The notes under the pieces: generated by a model
The model's input: only the letters and a program-made list of their open reading frames with translations
What the model was told of the DNA's origin: nothing
The model's database searches: none
Made by a program: the position numbers and the translations under genes
Source of the DNA: a virus
Lineage: Duplodnaviria > Caudoviricetes
Direction: 5' to 3' (one strand)
Virus record (IMG/VR): IMGVR_UViG_3300027822_000014
Span: 1 to 57,504 of that record
DNA: 57,504 bases
Part shown: positions 34,604-45,137 of the stretch, piece after piece
Layout of the letters: the number at the start of each line of letters is the position of its first letter
Position numbering within the stretch: the first letter of the stretch is position 1

Positions 34604-37396
34604 GTGGGCGAGGAACTGCAAGTCGAAACGCTTGATACGCTGTTCAACGGGGGGCATGGCGGCTCTCCACTGTCTATCTCTGCGCCAAGTGTATATGTTG
34701 ATCTAATTACCGCATACCCAAAGAACATCGGCGGGACGATCAGCTTTTCTGACATCGAGGATGTGGGCGGGACATATGTAGCCACGCTTACAGTCGCAGC
34801 CGGAACAACTCTGACAGTCACGCAACCGGGTTGGACAGGCAGCGGCACCAATGTGCTAACCAAAACCGCCACACTGTCAGTTCTCAATGCAGACATTGAC
34901 CTGCTGTCGGAACTTGTTCTGGATATCGCTGCTGCCGGTAATGACACGTTGAATATCACTCTGGTTCGCAGTGCTGATGGCGAAGCTGCTTCACCTAGAA
35001 ACACCAGCATCTCAGCATATCCACCGCTCGCGCTTACTGGAACTGTTCCAATTGACAATGCGACCGGTGTTTCTGACCACGCCGACCTTGCTGCTACTTT
35101 CAGCAGGCCAATTCAATTCGGAACGGGCAACATCGTTTTACGCAAAAATGACGGAGGTTTTGCGGACTTTGAGACGTTTGATGTCTCAACGGCAGTTGGG
35201 GGTGTCGTCACTGGATCGCCCAATGGGTACACGCTAACTCTAAATAATGACACAAACACAATAAGCACCAATGGCCAAGACATGGGGGACCTCACGGAGT
35301 TCGCCATTAGGATTGCCGCCACTGCTATAGATGGTGCCTTGCTTGGCACGTCAGACAGCTATGCAGGCATTGCCGACGACACGTCTTGGAGCTGGACGAC
35401 TGGTATCGACATGACGATCGCCATCACTGCGATGGAGGAAAACAAGGTCTGGCAGCGTGAAGCTGGTACGACAAGCGCGACCGTTACATTTTCCGGCACA
35501 TCAGCAGACGGAACGCCTACAGCAGTGCAGATAAGGGTTCTGGATGCAAGTGATGATAGCGTAGTCGTAAACTGGACAACTGTTGATGCATCACCTGACG
35601 TTAGCACTTGGTCCGGAACATTGTCAGTTCCCGAAGGTGCGACGGCTGCGACTAAATACTATGCGCAGGCGAGAGACAGTGTTGAGACCACGATAACTGA
35701 TGAAGATTTGACAGAGTGGGCCGTTGGTGTAGTGATTGCTGCTTACGGGCAAAGCAACATGAACTTCATGTTCTCAACTGCGTCCAGTCCTGCTGTCGCA
35801 TCTGCGGGCACGTACTATTTCAACGGGTCGAGTTGGACTACTGTACCGTCTGCAAACGGTGTGCGCGAACTTTGTAATACATTCGTTGCCAAATCAGACA
35901 TCCCGGTTGGTATTTTGAACGGGTCCGTCCCGGCAACTCCAATAGCTTTGCTGGCAAAGGGTGCAGCGAATACTAATTATTCTGATTTCATCCAGCAGAT
36001 AACCGATAGCGGTGGAGACGTCGAGTTTATTATCTGGCACCAAGGTTCTGGTGATGCTGCGAATGGCACTGCGGCTGCAACTTATCAAACAGCAGTAGAA
36101 ACGATGCATAGTGACATTGTTGGTGATATAGGCAGGACTGGTGCCCAATGCCCGTTTGTTCTTGCTTCACTTGGCATTGAAAACGACGCCATATACACAG
36201 AGCCGAATTGGATGCTCATTCAGCAAGGCTTGAGGGGGGCGGCAAATGATAATGCAGATATTCATTATTCCCATTCAAACGAAGATGTAACGCTATCTGA
36301 TAGTGTTCATTGGACTGCTGCAGGATATGGAAATGCAGGCAAGAGATATGCTCAAACCTTGGCATTTTTGTTGGGCGATGAAACCGGTCCTGCAGCATGG
36401 TTCGTGACGAGTGCGCAGAGCATAAGTGGCACTCAAACGGATGTTACGGTTGCCCACGGTAACGGTTCCACATTCACACCAACGTCTGGAATAACGGGCT
36501 TTGAAATCGCAGATGGTGGTGCATATGAAAGCCCATCAGCGGCGGTCCTGCAAAACTCAACAACCATTCGGCTCACTCATTCTGATCTCGGGGTGGACGC
36601 CAAATCGTTGCGCTATTTGTGGGGAAGTGATGCACATGATACGTCAGACATAGTTTATGACAATTCATCAGAGCCGTATCCGTTGTGCCAAATTCCAACT
36701 GATCTCACTGTTGCTGCTGTTGTTTCTGCAGACCCACCAGTTGTTGAGGGAACTATTGCTACAGGATTTAATTTCAATTCTTCAAGCTACAATGCCCCGC
36801 TACCGGCTTCGATTGCATCTGGTGAATTGTTGGTTCTCGGGGTTTCTGTTCATGATCAATCGTCAATAACAAGCATAAACACTCCAAGCGGATGGACGCT
36901 ACTTGCTGATCCTGGGGTGGTCGTCGATGCAGAGGGTGTTTACACTGCGATATTCTATAAAACGGCAACCGGTAGTGAAGGCTCAACCGTAAATGTATCT
37001 TGGGTTGGTGGGAATGGCAGGCCGAAAACCTGGTCTGCACGTATATCAGGCTGGAATGATATTGAGGCTGAGCAGGGCTCACATGCTTCGGGAATAGTTG
37101 ATTGGACACCACCAGCTATTACACCAAGCTGGGGCAGCAATAAAAATCTTTATATTGTGTTTGGTGTTGCAGATAGTAATTCTGTGTCTGGAAGCGGCTG
37201 GATTAGTTCTTATCCTTCCGGTTACGCAGATAATCAACTGACTGAGGCTGATGCCAACAGTGATGCGGTAGGGCTAACACTCGCAACACGGGAAGCCTCT
37301 ACAGCGCAGACAACAGAAACGCCGGGTGTGTTTTCTTGTTCGAATGCCGCCATGACCGCTGGCCACACATTTACTATAGCGATTGAGCCTGCGTAA
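34604..37396 (+). CDS. Second receptor-binding/tail protein: Ig-like domain plus SGNH sialate O-acetylesterase domain
   Basis: P.DNATGV...ATFS..I..GTG.I (Ig-like). GQSNM, WHQG and DxxH (DSVH) form the SASA/CE6 catalytic motifs. Confidence 0.8.
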   Translation: MGEELQVETLDTLFNGGHGGSPLSISAPSVYVDLITAYPKNIGGTISFSDIEDVGGTYVATLTVAAGTTLTVTQPGWTGSGTNVLTKTATLSVLNADIDLLSELVLDIAAAGNDTLNITLVRSADGEAASPRNTSISAYPPLALTGTVPIDNATGVSDHADLAATFSRPIQFGTGNIVLRKNDGGFADFETFDVSTAVGGVVTGSPNGYTLTLNNDTNTISTNGQDMGDLTEFAIRIAATAIDGALLGTSDSYAGIADDTSWSWTTGIDMTIAITAMEENKVWQREAGTTSATVTFSGTSADGTPTAVQIRVLDASDDSVVVNWTTVDASPDVSTWSGTLSVPEGATAATKYYAQARDSVETTITDEDLTEWAVGVVIAAYGQSNMNFMFSTASSPAVASAGTYYFNGSSWTTVPSANGVRELCNTFVAKSDIPVGILNGSVPATPIALLAKGAANTNYSDFIQQITDSGGDVEFIIWHQGSGDAANGTAAATYQTAVETMHSDIVGDIGRTGAQCPFVLASLGIENDAIYTEPNWMLIQQGLRGAANDNADIHYSHSNEDVTLSDSVHWTAAGYGNAGKRYAQTLAFLLGDETGPAAWFVTSAQSISGTQTDVTVAHGNGSTFTPTSGITGFEIADGGAYESPSAAVLQNSTTIRLTHSDLGVDAKSLRYLWGSDAHDTSDIVYDNSSEPYPLCQIPTDLTVAAVVSADPPVVEGTIATGFNFNSSSYNAPLPASIASGELLVLGVSVHDQSSITSINTPSGWTLLADPGVVVDAEGVYTAIFYKTATGSEGSTVNVSWVGGNGRPKTWSARISGWNDIEAEQGSHASGIVDWTPPAITPSWGSNKNLYIVFGVADSNSVSGSGWISSYPSGYADNQLTEADANSDAVGLTLATREASTAQTTETPGVFSCSNAAMTAGHTFTIAIEPA

Positions 37397-37470
37397 TGAA
37401 GCGGCCCGCCTGACTGCGCAAACAGATCAGACGAGCCTAACCGCAACAAAGGTGCGCCGCGTCATCTTGT

Positions 37471-38040
37471 TCATGCACCGGGCCTCTTGGCGTCCAGCAT
37501 CTTGCTGATGCTGGGCAATGTCTCGACCTCCTGCTGCTGCACCAGAATGTCCGTGACCGCTTCCGCTGCCTCGATGATGTACAGCCAGTTGCTCAGCTGG
37601 GTCACACCGCCGGCCATGATGCGGGCAACGGACTGACACAGGGTATCCAGCGCCTCACGCTGGAGAGGCGAAGCGGCTGCCGCGGCCTCCGGGTCCATGT
37701 TCTTAGCGATGAACACCTTCAGGGCCTGCGAGTAGTCCGCCACGGCCTCAAAACTGGGCGATGCTGGCTCGTATGTGCTGTCCTTACTGTTGTAGACCAG
37801 CTGGGCATAGCCGCCGATGTCGCGCCAATGGTCAGGCTCGGCGATTCTCCCGCTCAGGATCCGGCTCATTTTGAGACAGATCATGTCGATGGCTTCCCGG
37901 GCGACGAAGCTCCAGGAGCCGTCGATCGACGGGTAGATCAGCGACTTGAGTTCTTGCGACAGCTGCGCGTTGCGCTCGAAGCTGCCGTGGGTTGAGTTAC
38001 GTGGACCAGCTTCGCTGACCAGTTCCTGTGATGTGCTCAT
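37471..38040 (-). CDS. DUF6378-like protein with a degenerate internal duplication
   Basis: THGSF..NA..SQ.LK...REAIDMI..K.SRI.SG....DHW.DI.GYA.L, echoed by REALDTL..ARI..G....W..I. Confidence 0.7.
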   Translation of the reverse strand: MSTSQELVSEAGPRNSTHGSFERNAQLSQELKSLIYPSIDGSWSFVAREAIDMICLKMSRILSGRIAEPDHWRDIGGYAQLVYNSKDSTYEPASPSFEAVADYSQALKVFIAKNMDPEAAAAASPLQREALDTLCQSVARIMAGGVTQLSNWLYIIEAAEAVTDILVQQQEVETLPSISKMLDAKRPGA

Positions 38041-38064
38041 GGTTCTCTCCTCTTGCACGGTTGA

Positions 38065-38379
38065 TTAATCGCCGACTGTTATATCGGTGTTGTTCCAGAT
38101 GAACTCGTCAAGCGGGAAGTGCTTTTGGCAGCCCACGCAGAACGTGCCGCTATAGAACTTCGGGTCTCTGGCGAACGTCTCCGCAATGGACTGCCCGATA
38201 ACGGTGGCCGTGCCACAGGTCTTGTGAACATACTTCCGGCGCACCGGGCGCACGAAGCCTTTGGCCCGCTCCTCTTCGGATAACACCACGTAGCCTTTCT
38301 GCTGGCCGTCAGGCCTCAGTTCGCGATGATCGTCAGTGACAGGCGAACCGTCTGTCAGGGTTGTTTTCGCTTTGGTCAT
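38065..38379 (-). CDS. Conserved Zn-binding phage protein (104 aa)
   Basis: YVVLSEEERAKGFVRPVR..Y.H..CG..T....AET.AR.P.FY..TFC..C. AAGGA RBS. Confidence 0.75.
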   Translation of the reverse strand: MTKAKTTLTDGSPVTDDHRELRPDGQQKGYVVLSEEERAKGFVRPVRRKYVHKTCGTATVIGQSIAETFARDPKFYSGTFCVGCQKHFPLDEFIWNNTDITVGD

Positions 38380-38399
38380 TTGGTCGTTCCTTTCGATGA

Positions 38400-40751
38400 T
38401 TAGAGCATTTCGATACCATCCGGGCTCCATCGTTTGAACCCGATTCCTCTCCCTGATTTGGCCAACTCGCCCTTGATCATCTCGGCGTCCGGTGAGCCAT
38501 TGTTTAAATCTCTGCGCCAATGATCGCTTCGTCTCAGGGCACGTATTTCTTCTGGTTGCCCGCCCCTTGCGCGCGACCTGAAGCCGTTCTTTTCGCTGCT
38601 TCCCAGCCGGGGCAACGACTGCCACAGCTTGTCCACCAGACGGCGCTGCATGTTGTTGGTTATGCTGTTTTCCAGATGCTCGCATCGTTCGGCTTCCTCC
38701 CATAGATCGAACAGCATGTGCCGGGTGACCAGCTCGCCTTGCGCGCGTTCCTTGATGACGTCGGCGATGATCTGGCCCGGTGCTGCCGAGCGCTCGATCA
38801 TCAGTTTCTTGGCTTCAGTCTCTGGCGGGGTCGAGTGCTTGAACTTTGACACGTCACGCTCGATCAGAAACTTGTACACGGCTGACGCCAGCTCTTCAGG
38901 ATTGTTGCTGTAGGTGTTCCAGAGCGTGGTGTAGTAGTCCTCGCCCAGCTTCTGGGTGGGGTTGGCGTAGACGGCCAACCGCCGCTCGCCCCGAGGCAAG
39001 TTGAAGGCGTCGGCGTGGTTGGAGAACACCAGCAGGTTGAACCACACACGCTCCTGGCGCTTCGATCCGTACTTGGCGTTGATCTGCATCATGGTGACAC
39101 GCGGATCGACCAGCGTCTTGATCCGTTCGTAGGCCTTGAAGTGGGTTTGGTTGTCGCTGTCGTGGGCCTCCTCGATGATCACCACCTGAGAGCCTGACGC
39201 CCAGTCGTTGAACCCGGAAGACGCGCCGTGGCCGGTGAGGTCGCCGATGTCGACAGCCTGGACATTGCCAGACGTCCACACTGCTCGCAACACATCACCG
39301 AGCCACGACCGTCCTACCCCAAACGTATCCTCGGCGACCATAACGACACCGTAGGACCGCTTGCGTGGGTTCTGTAGCTTGAAGGCCAGCCAGTCGAGAA
39401 ACAACTCGTTGTCGGTGTTGTCAGGCAACAGGTAGTTGATGTGTCTGAGGAACACCTCGAGCGATTTCTCCGACGGTTTGGCGTCATGCGCCGGTGGCCG
39501 GTAGGTGTTGATAATCTTCTCCCCGACCTCGTCGATGATGATGCCGGCGTATTTCTTCTCGCCCAGCGTGTGCGGAATGACGTCATAGCGCCGGACCTTG
39601 GGGGTGTTCTCCTCTTCCATAAACGCCGTCTTCACCTTCACGTAGCGCTTCTTGTCCTTGGGCGTCGGCATGTGGATATTCATATGGGCGTAGATGTCGC
39701 TGAACTCATCCAGCGAACAGTCATACAGCCCGCCCCGGGACAGGCTCTGCATGTCGCAAATGCGGCGCCCTTCCTGTATGTAGGTGTAGCGCTGCTGCAG
39801 GAACGGTATCGGATCATAGCGCCGGGCGAACGGCCCGCCGTGCTCTTTCACCCAGCCGAGGAAATCGAAGTCGGCGCAGTGTTCGTGGAAACATTTGAAG
39901 CCACGCTGCATCTGCCACTTGTCACCGCCCCGGCCCAGCGGGGAGTAGCGTGCGGTGTCGTCACCGGTGGTGTGGGAATCACAGTTCGGGCACTCGATGG
40001 TCAGCCACTCGTCGTCGTCATCGATGACCATGGCGTTGTCGAACATCCAGTCGGCCACCGGATCATCGACCTCGAGGTCCAGGACTTCCATCGCCGAGAC
40101 CTTGGTGTGCCGCTCGCGTGCCTTGACCACGCCGATCTCGACATCGAACGCCTGCGCCAGATCATCGACGGTGCCGAACGACAGGTCGGGATTCCACGCA
40201 TGGATCACAGCCTTGAAGTTGTCGCGCCCGGGCTTGGTGTTCACCGAGCCGGGGATGCGCATCAGACGGTTGAACCCTTTGGCACCGCCGTCCGTGTACA
40301 TGGCGTCCGCCATGGTGTCCATTAGCGCAGAGAAGCGCGACAGCTCCTCGGTGGGGTCGATGATGTAGCCCCACTGGAAGTTGCCGGGCGACGTCTCCAG
40401 TATCCATGACGGCTCGACCTTGATGGGCGGGCCTATGAACTCTTTGCCCTTGCGCAGTTTGTAGAAGCACCCGTCCTCGTTGATGTCATCCAGCACCATG
40501 CAGTAGACAGCCTGACAGTCCTCCGAGCGGCGGCGCAGGTAGTCATCCTCGTCGTCCTCGTCAGGCACACGCACGGTGGCGATGTTGAAATATAGTGCAG
40601 CCTTGCCTCGGTTGAGCCAGCTCTCGAACGCGCGGCCCGGGTGCGTGGTGTTGCTGAACCCCTGACCGCGTTGCTTCGCAATGAGAACCGTCTCACCTTC
40701 AGGAACATCTGCGAACACTGTGTCGAGAAATTCTTGGGCATCAACGGTCAT
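38400..40751 (-). CDS. Primase-helicase (RepB-type primase plus DUF5906/SF3-like helicase)
   Basis: VLDD, PSWILETSPGNFQWGY and RLMRIPG (primase); CP....HT Zn motif; GVGRS P-loop, IIEEA and FSNH (helicase). Confidence 0.85.
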   Translation of the reverse strand: MTVDAQEFLDTVFADVPEGETVLIAKQRGQGFSNTTHPGRAFESWLNRGKAALYFNIATVRVPDEDDEDDYLRRRSEDCQAVYCMVLDDINEDGCFYKLRKGKEFIGPPIKVEPSWILETSPGNFQWGYIIDPTEELSRFSALMDTMADAMYTDGGAKGFNRLMRIPGSVNTKPGRDNFKAVIHAWNPDLSFGTVDDLAQAFDVEIGVVKARERHTKVSAMEVLDLEVDDPVADWMFDNAMVIDDDDEWLTIECPNCDSHTTGDDTARYSPLGRGGDKWQMQRGFKCFHEHCADFDFLGWVKEHGGPFARRYDPIPFLQQRYTYIQEGRRICDMQSLSRGGLYDCSLDEFSDIYAHMNIHMPTPKDKKRYVKVKTAFMEEENTPKVRRYDVIPHTLGEKKYAGIIIDEVGEKIINTYRPPAHDAKPSEKSLEVFLRHINYLLPDNTDNELFLDWLAFKLQNPRKRSYGVVMVAEDTFGVGRSWLGDVLRAVWTSGNVQAVDIGDLTGHGASSGFNDWASGSQVVIIEEAHDSDNQTHFKAYERIKTLVDPRVTMMQINAKYGSKRQERVWFNLLVFSNHADAFNLPRGERRLAVYANPTQKLGEDYYTTLWNTYSNNPEELASAVYKFLIERDVSKFKHSTPPETEAKKLMIERSAAPGQIIADVIKERAQGELVTRHMLFDLWEEAERCEHLENSITNNMQRRLVDKLWQSLPRLGSSEKNGFRSRARGGQPEEIRALRRSDHWRRDLNNGSPDAEMIKGELAKSGRGIGFKRWSPDGIEML

Positions 40752-40890
40752 CTTGCATCCTCCGCTTGGCATCCTCCAGCTGTTTCATCAGCTTCTCGCC
40801 GTGATTTCCAGGCTGGGGCTCACCAGTCAGCGCGCCAATGCAATCGCATGGCTTGGTGAGATCTTCCTCTCCACAAAAATCGCACTTCAT
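40741..40890 (-). CDS. Small Cys-rich protein (49 aa, MKCDFCGEE...), not in ORF track
   Basis: Manually translated. ATGA overlap with the pol stop, and it overlaps the primase start. Confidence 0.5.
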   Translation of the reverse strand: MKCDFCGEEDLTKPCDCIGALTGEPQPGNHGEKLMKQLEDAKRRMQDDR

Positions 40891-42896
40891 TTTTTGTACC
40901 TCGGTCCTGTCCAGACTTTGCAGTTGAGAGGCAGGTTACCAGACCAAGCGGTCGGTGTCTTCATCACCCAGTTCATGTGCGCCACGCATTCATCGACATC
41001 CTCGTCATCGACCTCGGCCAGCAGCTCATCGTGCGTGTGGCCGACGACCGGCCAGTCGTAGTCTTCCATGCGGTGCATACCGCAGAGCAGGATCTCGGCG
41101 CTGACGGCCTGGGTGGCGTTCTCGCACAGCAGCCCGCCATAGAGATCGACGCGCGGCCACTTGGTTTCGCCCGCTGCAGGTGACCAGTTGGCCTTGATGC
41201 AGGTGAGCGTGTCGTCCTTCAGCCGTGGCCGTGGGTAGGCCAGCGACTTGCCGGACGGCAGGATGCACCACAGCACGTCCCAGTCCTCGTCATAGACATA
41301 GTACAGTTTCTTTGCCTTGTAGGCGTGGCCGGGATACTTCACCGCTTTCTTGGCAGCAGCTTCAGCGCTGTACCAGAACGACGACGCCCACTTGTTGGCG
41401 GCTCTCCACTTTTTCTTCACGCGATCAGCGACCGCGTCTTCCACATGCACCTTGTAGTTCAGCGCCATCGACTGGAAGGCCTTGACGCCACCCTGGTAGC
41501 CGAGGCTCAGCTCAGCCACCTTGCCGAGCTGGCGGTCGCCCATACCCATGGAAGCGGCGGTGCGTTCATACATGTCGGGCGCGTTGGGATCGGCGAACAC
41601 CTCGCGCCACTCGTCGAGCCGGGCCTCGGCATCAGCCAGCCACGGCAGCACCACGGCTTCGATGGACGACCAGTCACCGCACACGAATGTCTTGCCCACG
41701 TCGGCCATGATGGCAGGGCGCAGCATCGAGGCCAGCGTATCCATCACATTGTTGAGCGGAGTGCCGCTCAAGATCAGTTCACGTGTGGCTTCAGGGTCTT
41801 CAGCACAGTCGCGGGTGAAGTTATGGACCTGGAGTCCCACCGAGCTGAAGCGGCCTGTCTGGACAGCTCCGTTGCACATGTAGGCACCACGCACGCGGAC
41901 GTCCTCGGCGTCAGCACGCATGCACATGGCGGTGAACTTGGATGTGGAGCTGCGCCCGGCCTCATCGATCAGGCTCACCAGCGGGCGGACCTCGGGGTCG
42001 AACTCGTGGTCGGACCCCATGATGTTGGCGCGTGCCGTCTTGTCGAGGGTGATTTTTTTGGTGGTCTCTTTGGTCTTCCGGTCGGTCTTGTACCGCGTCA
42101 TCATCTTGCGCAGCACATCGTCCTCTTCCATCAGCGGTGCGAAGTAGTCCTTCAACCGCTGGAACTGGCGAGGCCGGGTGATCTCACCATCGGTCAACCT
42201 GTCCAGCTCCTCGCCGATGGCGTCAGTCTCTTCCGCAGCGTATTCGGCGGCAGCTTCAGCCAGCTCGAAGTCGATCAGCAGGCCGCGGTCGTTGATCTTC
42301 TCGGCCACGATGTAGTCAGCGAACTCCTCGTCGGTGAGCGGCGGCGACATCTGGGCAGCGGCACGCTCCACTTCCACGTCGATGGCACAGTACTCATAGA
42401 ACTGGCGCAGCAGCTCGGGGTCTTCATTGAACTCGCCGTTCTCGAAATCAATCTTGCCGTTGAGCCACGGGATGCAGAGCTTGCGGATCAGTTGCTTGCC
42501 TGCCAGTGACTTCTGCATGTCCAGCTTCAGCGCCTTGCCGAGCTTGTCCAGCCCGCCCGGCAGTGCACGACGGCGAGCCTGGGTGGCAGTGCAGTAGAAC
42601 GACGCCAGCGGTGGCTCGGGCAGGTCCAGCTCAGGGCACATAACATACCATGTGATCAGCCGCTCGAACGCTGCGTTGTGTGCGTGGTTGGAGCGGTCTT
42701 CGCCCTTGTGCCAGTGGTCCTTGATGCGGTCGGGGAACTTGTCGCCCGGCGTCCACATCGCAACGTCCTCATCGTTGAAAGCCCAGCCGACGCAATGCGC
42801 CTGCGTGCTCTCGTCCATTGCGTAGTTGTAGACACCCTGGGTCAGCAGATCGACACGGCTGCGGGTCTCGTAGTCGAAGTGTAAAACGTCTTGCAT
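40887..42896 (-). CDS. polA: DNA polymerase, family A
   Basis: Exonuclease motifs DYETRS, AHNAAFER and YCAIDV. Motif A DWSSIE, motif B RQLGKVAELSLGY, motif C HTHDE. Confidence 0.95.
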   Translation of the reverse strand: MQDVLHFDYETRSRVDLLTQGVYNYAMDESTQAHCVGWAFNDEDVAMWTPGDKFPDRIKDHWHKGEDRSNHAHNAAFERLITWYVMCPELDLPEPPLASFYCTATQARRRALPGGLDKLGKALKLDMQKSLAGKQLIRKLCIPWLNGKIDFENGEFNEDPELLRQFYEYCAIDVEVERAAAQMSPPLTDEEFADYIVAEKINDRGLLIDFELAEAAAEYAAEETDAIGEELDRLTDGEITRPRQFQRLKDYFAPLMEEDDVLRKMMTRYKTDRKTKETTKKITLDKTARANIMGSDHEFDPEVRPLVSLIDEAGRSSTSKFTAMCMRADAEDVRVRGAYMCNGAVQTGRFSSVGLQVHNFTRDCAEDPEATRELILSGTPLNNVMDTLASMLRPAIMADVGKTFVCGDWSSIEAVVLPWLADAEARLDEWREVFADPNAPDMYERTAASMGMGDRQLGKVAELSLGYQGGVKAFQSMALNYKVHVEDAVADRVKKKWRAANKWASSFWYSAEAAAKKAVKYPGHAYKAKKLYYVYDEDWDVLWCILPSGKSLAYPRPRLKDDTLTCIKANWSPAAGETKWPRVDLYGGLLCENATQAVSAEILLCGMHRMEDYDWPVVGHTHDELLAEVDDEDVDECVAHMNWVMKTPTAWSGNLPLNCKVWTGPRYKK

Positions 42897-42918
42897 GGTT
42901 CTCTCCGATGTGTGAAGT

Positions 42919-42965
42919 CCGGGCAGCCATCCAAATATGGGGGGCTTGGAACACGGCTGCCCGGG
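42919..42965 (-). other. Hairpin between ssb and pol
   Basis: CCGGGCAGCC...GGCTGCCCGG inverted repeat. It may be an attenuator or stabiliser. Confidence 0.45.
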
Positions 42966-43012
42966 TCTTGGCGTCAGATCACTCTGACCTTCCGGCGATA
43001 GTCCGCCGGGTG

Positions 43013-43843
43013 CTAGGAACGGCGCCTGCGACGGCGCGGGGCTGGTGCTTCATCGGGCTCAGGCGCGGGCGCATCGCCCTCGTCGTCACCCGCGTCAGCA
43101 TCTGCATCGGCAGTCGTATCGGCATCAGGCTTTGCCTTGTGGCGGGAGCGTGACTTGGGCTCCTCCTCCGGCTCTGCCTTGTCCTTTGCCCTGCGTGATC
43201 GCGTCGAAGGCTTGGCTTCCTTCTCGGGCTCAGCGTCGTCGTCGCCTGTGGACTGGCCACTCACGTCAAGCCAGTCGACAATCTCCAGCACAGGAGTGTA
43301 GATTTTACCGTACTTCTTGTGCTTATACCAATCGTTCTTGAGCGCAATAACAGGGATCGGCGCGCCGTCAGCTTCGACCTGACCGATGATATCATCAATC
43401 AAAGCGTTCAGCTCGCGAACACCGGACTTCGAGTTGGTCTTGTAGACGACCTCGACGTCCTTGTCCTCGCCGTTCATGCACTTCATGCCGATCGACAGCT
43501 GGTCCGTCCACTCACCGCCTTCACGGTGCGGCATGTCAGCCAGGAAAGGAATGTCATCACCGGCGTCGTACATCTGCTCGTCGAGTGGACCGCCGCCACG
43601 GTCTTCCTCATTTCGCGGCCAGCAGATGTAGCCTTGCTGGACGGAGTTGGGGTTGCATGCCCACCGGCTGTCTTCCTCGGGGATCTCTTCCTCGGCACCG
43701 AATGACCACTCGCCATCCTTTGCCATCTTGAGGAAGATCGAGCCGTCGGACGACTTCGGGCGGGTCTGCTTGAACCGGCTCAGCCGATCCTGCAGTGCGT
43801 TCTTCGCGAGGGGCTTGCCCTCGAATGGTGCTACCTGATTCAT
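43013..43843 (-). CDS. Putative single-stranded DNA-binding protein
   Basis: Lies between the nuclease and pol genes. FLKM.K.G.W.FG, Y.HKKYGKIYTP..EIV.W and an acidic/basic tail. Confidence 0.7.
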   Translation of the reverse strand: MNQVAPFEGKPLAKNALQDRLSRFKQTRPKSSDGSIFLKMAKDGEWSFGAEEEIPEEDSRWACNPNSVQQGYICWPRNEEDRGGGPLDEQMYDAGDDIPFLADMPHREGGEWTDQLSIGMKCMNGEDKDVEVVYKTNSKSGVRELNALIDDIIGQVEADGAPIPVIALKNDWYKHKKYGKIYTPVLEIVDWLDVSGQSTGDDDAEPEKEAKPSTRSRRAKDKAEPEEEPKSRSRHKAKPDADTTADADADAGDDEGDAPAPEPDEAPAPRRRRRRS

Positions 43844-45033
43844 GCTTCTATACCTTTCAGTTTGCTCAGTTTCTCGTTGGTAGTTTCCACCGCCGGGCGC
43901 TTGTCAGATTCCGGCGCCAGGGTGGTGCCTGAGGAGTGACTTGTGATCAGCTCCTCAAACTTGTTGGTGCGAATGGTGGTCGCACGTCCTTCAGGCGTGT
44001 TGGCCTTGAGCCACGTCTCTGCCTGTGGTGCCGTGATGAGCTTGGCGGGGAAGATTTCCGCCTTCTTCATCCGACAGCCCTTGAGGAATTTGGCCGCTGC
44101 TTCGTCATCGATCCACTTACGGGTGGCTCGCTTGTTCACCAGCTTCCAGTTGTCGATGCGCACGCCGCGCTCCATCTCCTCGTGGGCGTATTTCTTCACT
44201 GCCTTGGCCCACTCCTCGGCGTCGGTGGCCATGGACAGCAGCTCGCTCAGGTCTTTGCCCTCGATGTATTCGTTCTCGGGCAGGCTGGTGCGCTGGATGT
44301 TAAGTGTCTGAACACGCTTGATCTTCTCGTGCTTGGCCGGGCACAGGGCCTTGGCCGGGCAGAACATGCAGTGGCTGCCTTCCTTCAGGGGGGCGTCTTC
44401 GACTTTCTGCCACGCTGCCTCCAGCTCTTCCTCGAACTGATCGACGTCGTCGTGCGTGAACTGCCACACATCGGGATCGTGACTGAAGCCGGGCTGTACA
44501 ATGATGCCGAAGATCTTGTCGCTCTGGAACATCTTCGGGTGGGTTTCACGGCCAGCCGATGCACAGAACAGGAGTTGTTTATTGTCTTCAGCCGGGACGG
44601 CCACGCCGCGCCCGAACTTCCAGTCGAGGATGGCGCTGTAGCTTTCGCCGGCGCCTTTAACGTCGAGCTGGCCGAGGACGTCAGCGGTGCCGAACGCGCC
44701 GGGCACGATGTCGTCAGGCAGGTGACAAATCTGCTCGGTCAGGTACTCGAACCGGTCATCGAACAGCTTGTCGAACGCCTTCATGGCGGGGTCGACCATC
44801 TCGTAATACAGCTCCTGGGTGACCGTGCCCCATTCGGTCTCCATGCCGATGACGTCCGTGTCTTTATCGACCCCGCCGTTGAGGATGACCTCGCATGCCT
44901 CGTGCAGCATGCTGCCCTCGGCAGCGTACGAACTCTCAACGTTGGGGATGTCTTTGGATAGTGTGAAGCTACGGGGGCAGGCGATTACGCGTGCTGCCGT
45001 CGAGCTACCGACGGTCTTCGAATGTTTCGTCAT
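43840..45033 (-). CDS. DUF2800 / Cas4-like PD-(D/E)xK exonuclease
   Basis: HS..GSS.A.R..ACP, A.EG..LH, FGTAD, ILDWKFGRG and HC.FCPAK..CP motifs. Confidence 0.85.
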   Translation of the reverse strand: MTKHSKTVGSSTAARVIACPRSFTLSKDIPNVESSYAAEGSMLHEACEVILNGGVDKDTDVIGMETEWGTVTQELYYEMVDPAMKAFDKLFDDRFEYLTEQICHLPDDIVPGAFGTADVLGQLDVKGAGESYSAILDWKFGRGVAVPAEDNKQLLFCASAGRETHPKMFQSDKIFGIIVQPGFSHDPDVWQFTHDDVDQFEEELEAAWQKVEDAPLKEGSHCMFCPAKALCPAKHEKIKRVQTLNIQRTSLPENEYIEGKDLSELLSMATDAEEWAKAVKKYAHEEMERGVRIDNWKLVNKRATRKWIDDEAAAKFLKGCRMKKAEIFPAKLITAPQAETWLKANTPEGRATTIRTNKFEELITSHSSGTTLAPESDKRPAVETTNEKLSKLKGIEA

Positions 45034-45098
45034 GTCTCTTCTCTCCTCATCTGTCTTTTCGGGTTTCGTATAGCTGATCCGTGGATCACCTTGCCCAA

Positions 45099-45127
45099 AG
45101 TCTACGAAACGCCAACAAGAATGTCAA
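45099..45127 (-). promoter_or_regulatory. Sigma70 promoter for the replication genes
   Basis: TTGACA-N17-TAGACT. Confidence 0.75.
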
Positions 45128-45137
45128 TTTAAAAATG

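Noticed and set aside
43840-45033. Cas4-like nuclease as part of a CRISPR system
   Set aside because: It is a standard solo DUF2800 gene within the nuclease-SSB-PolA module.
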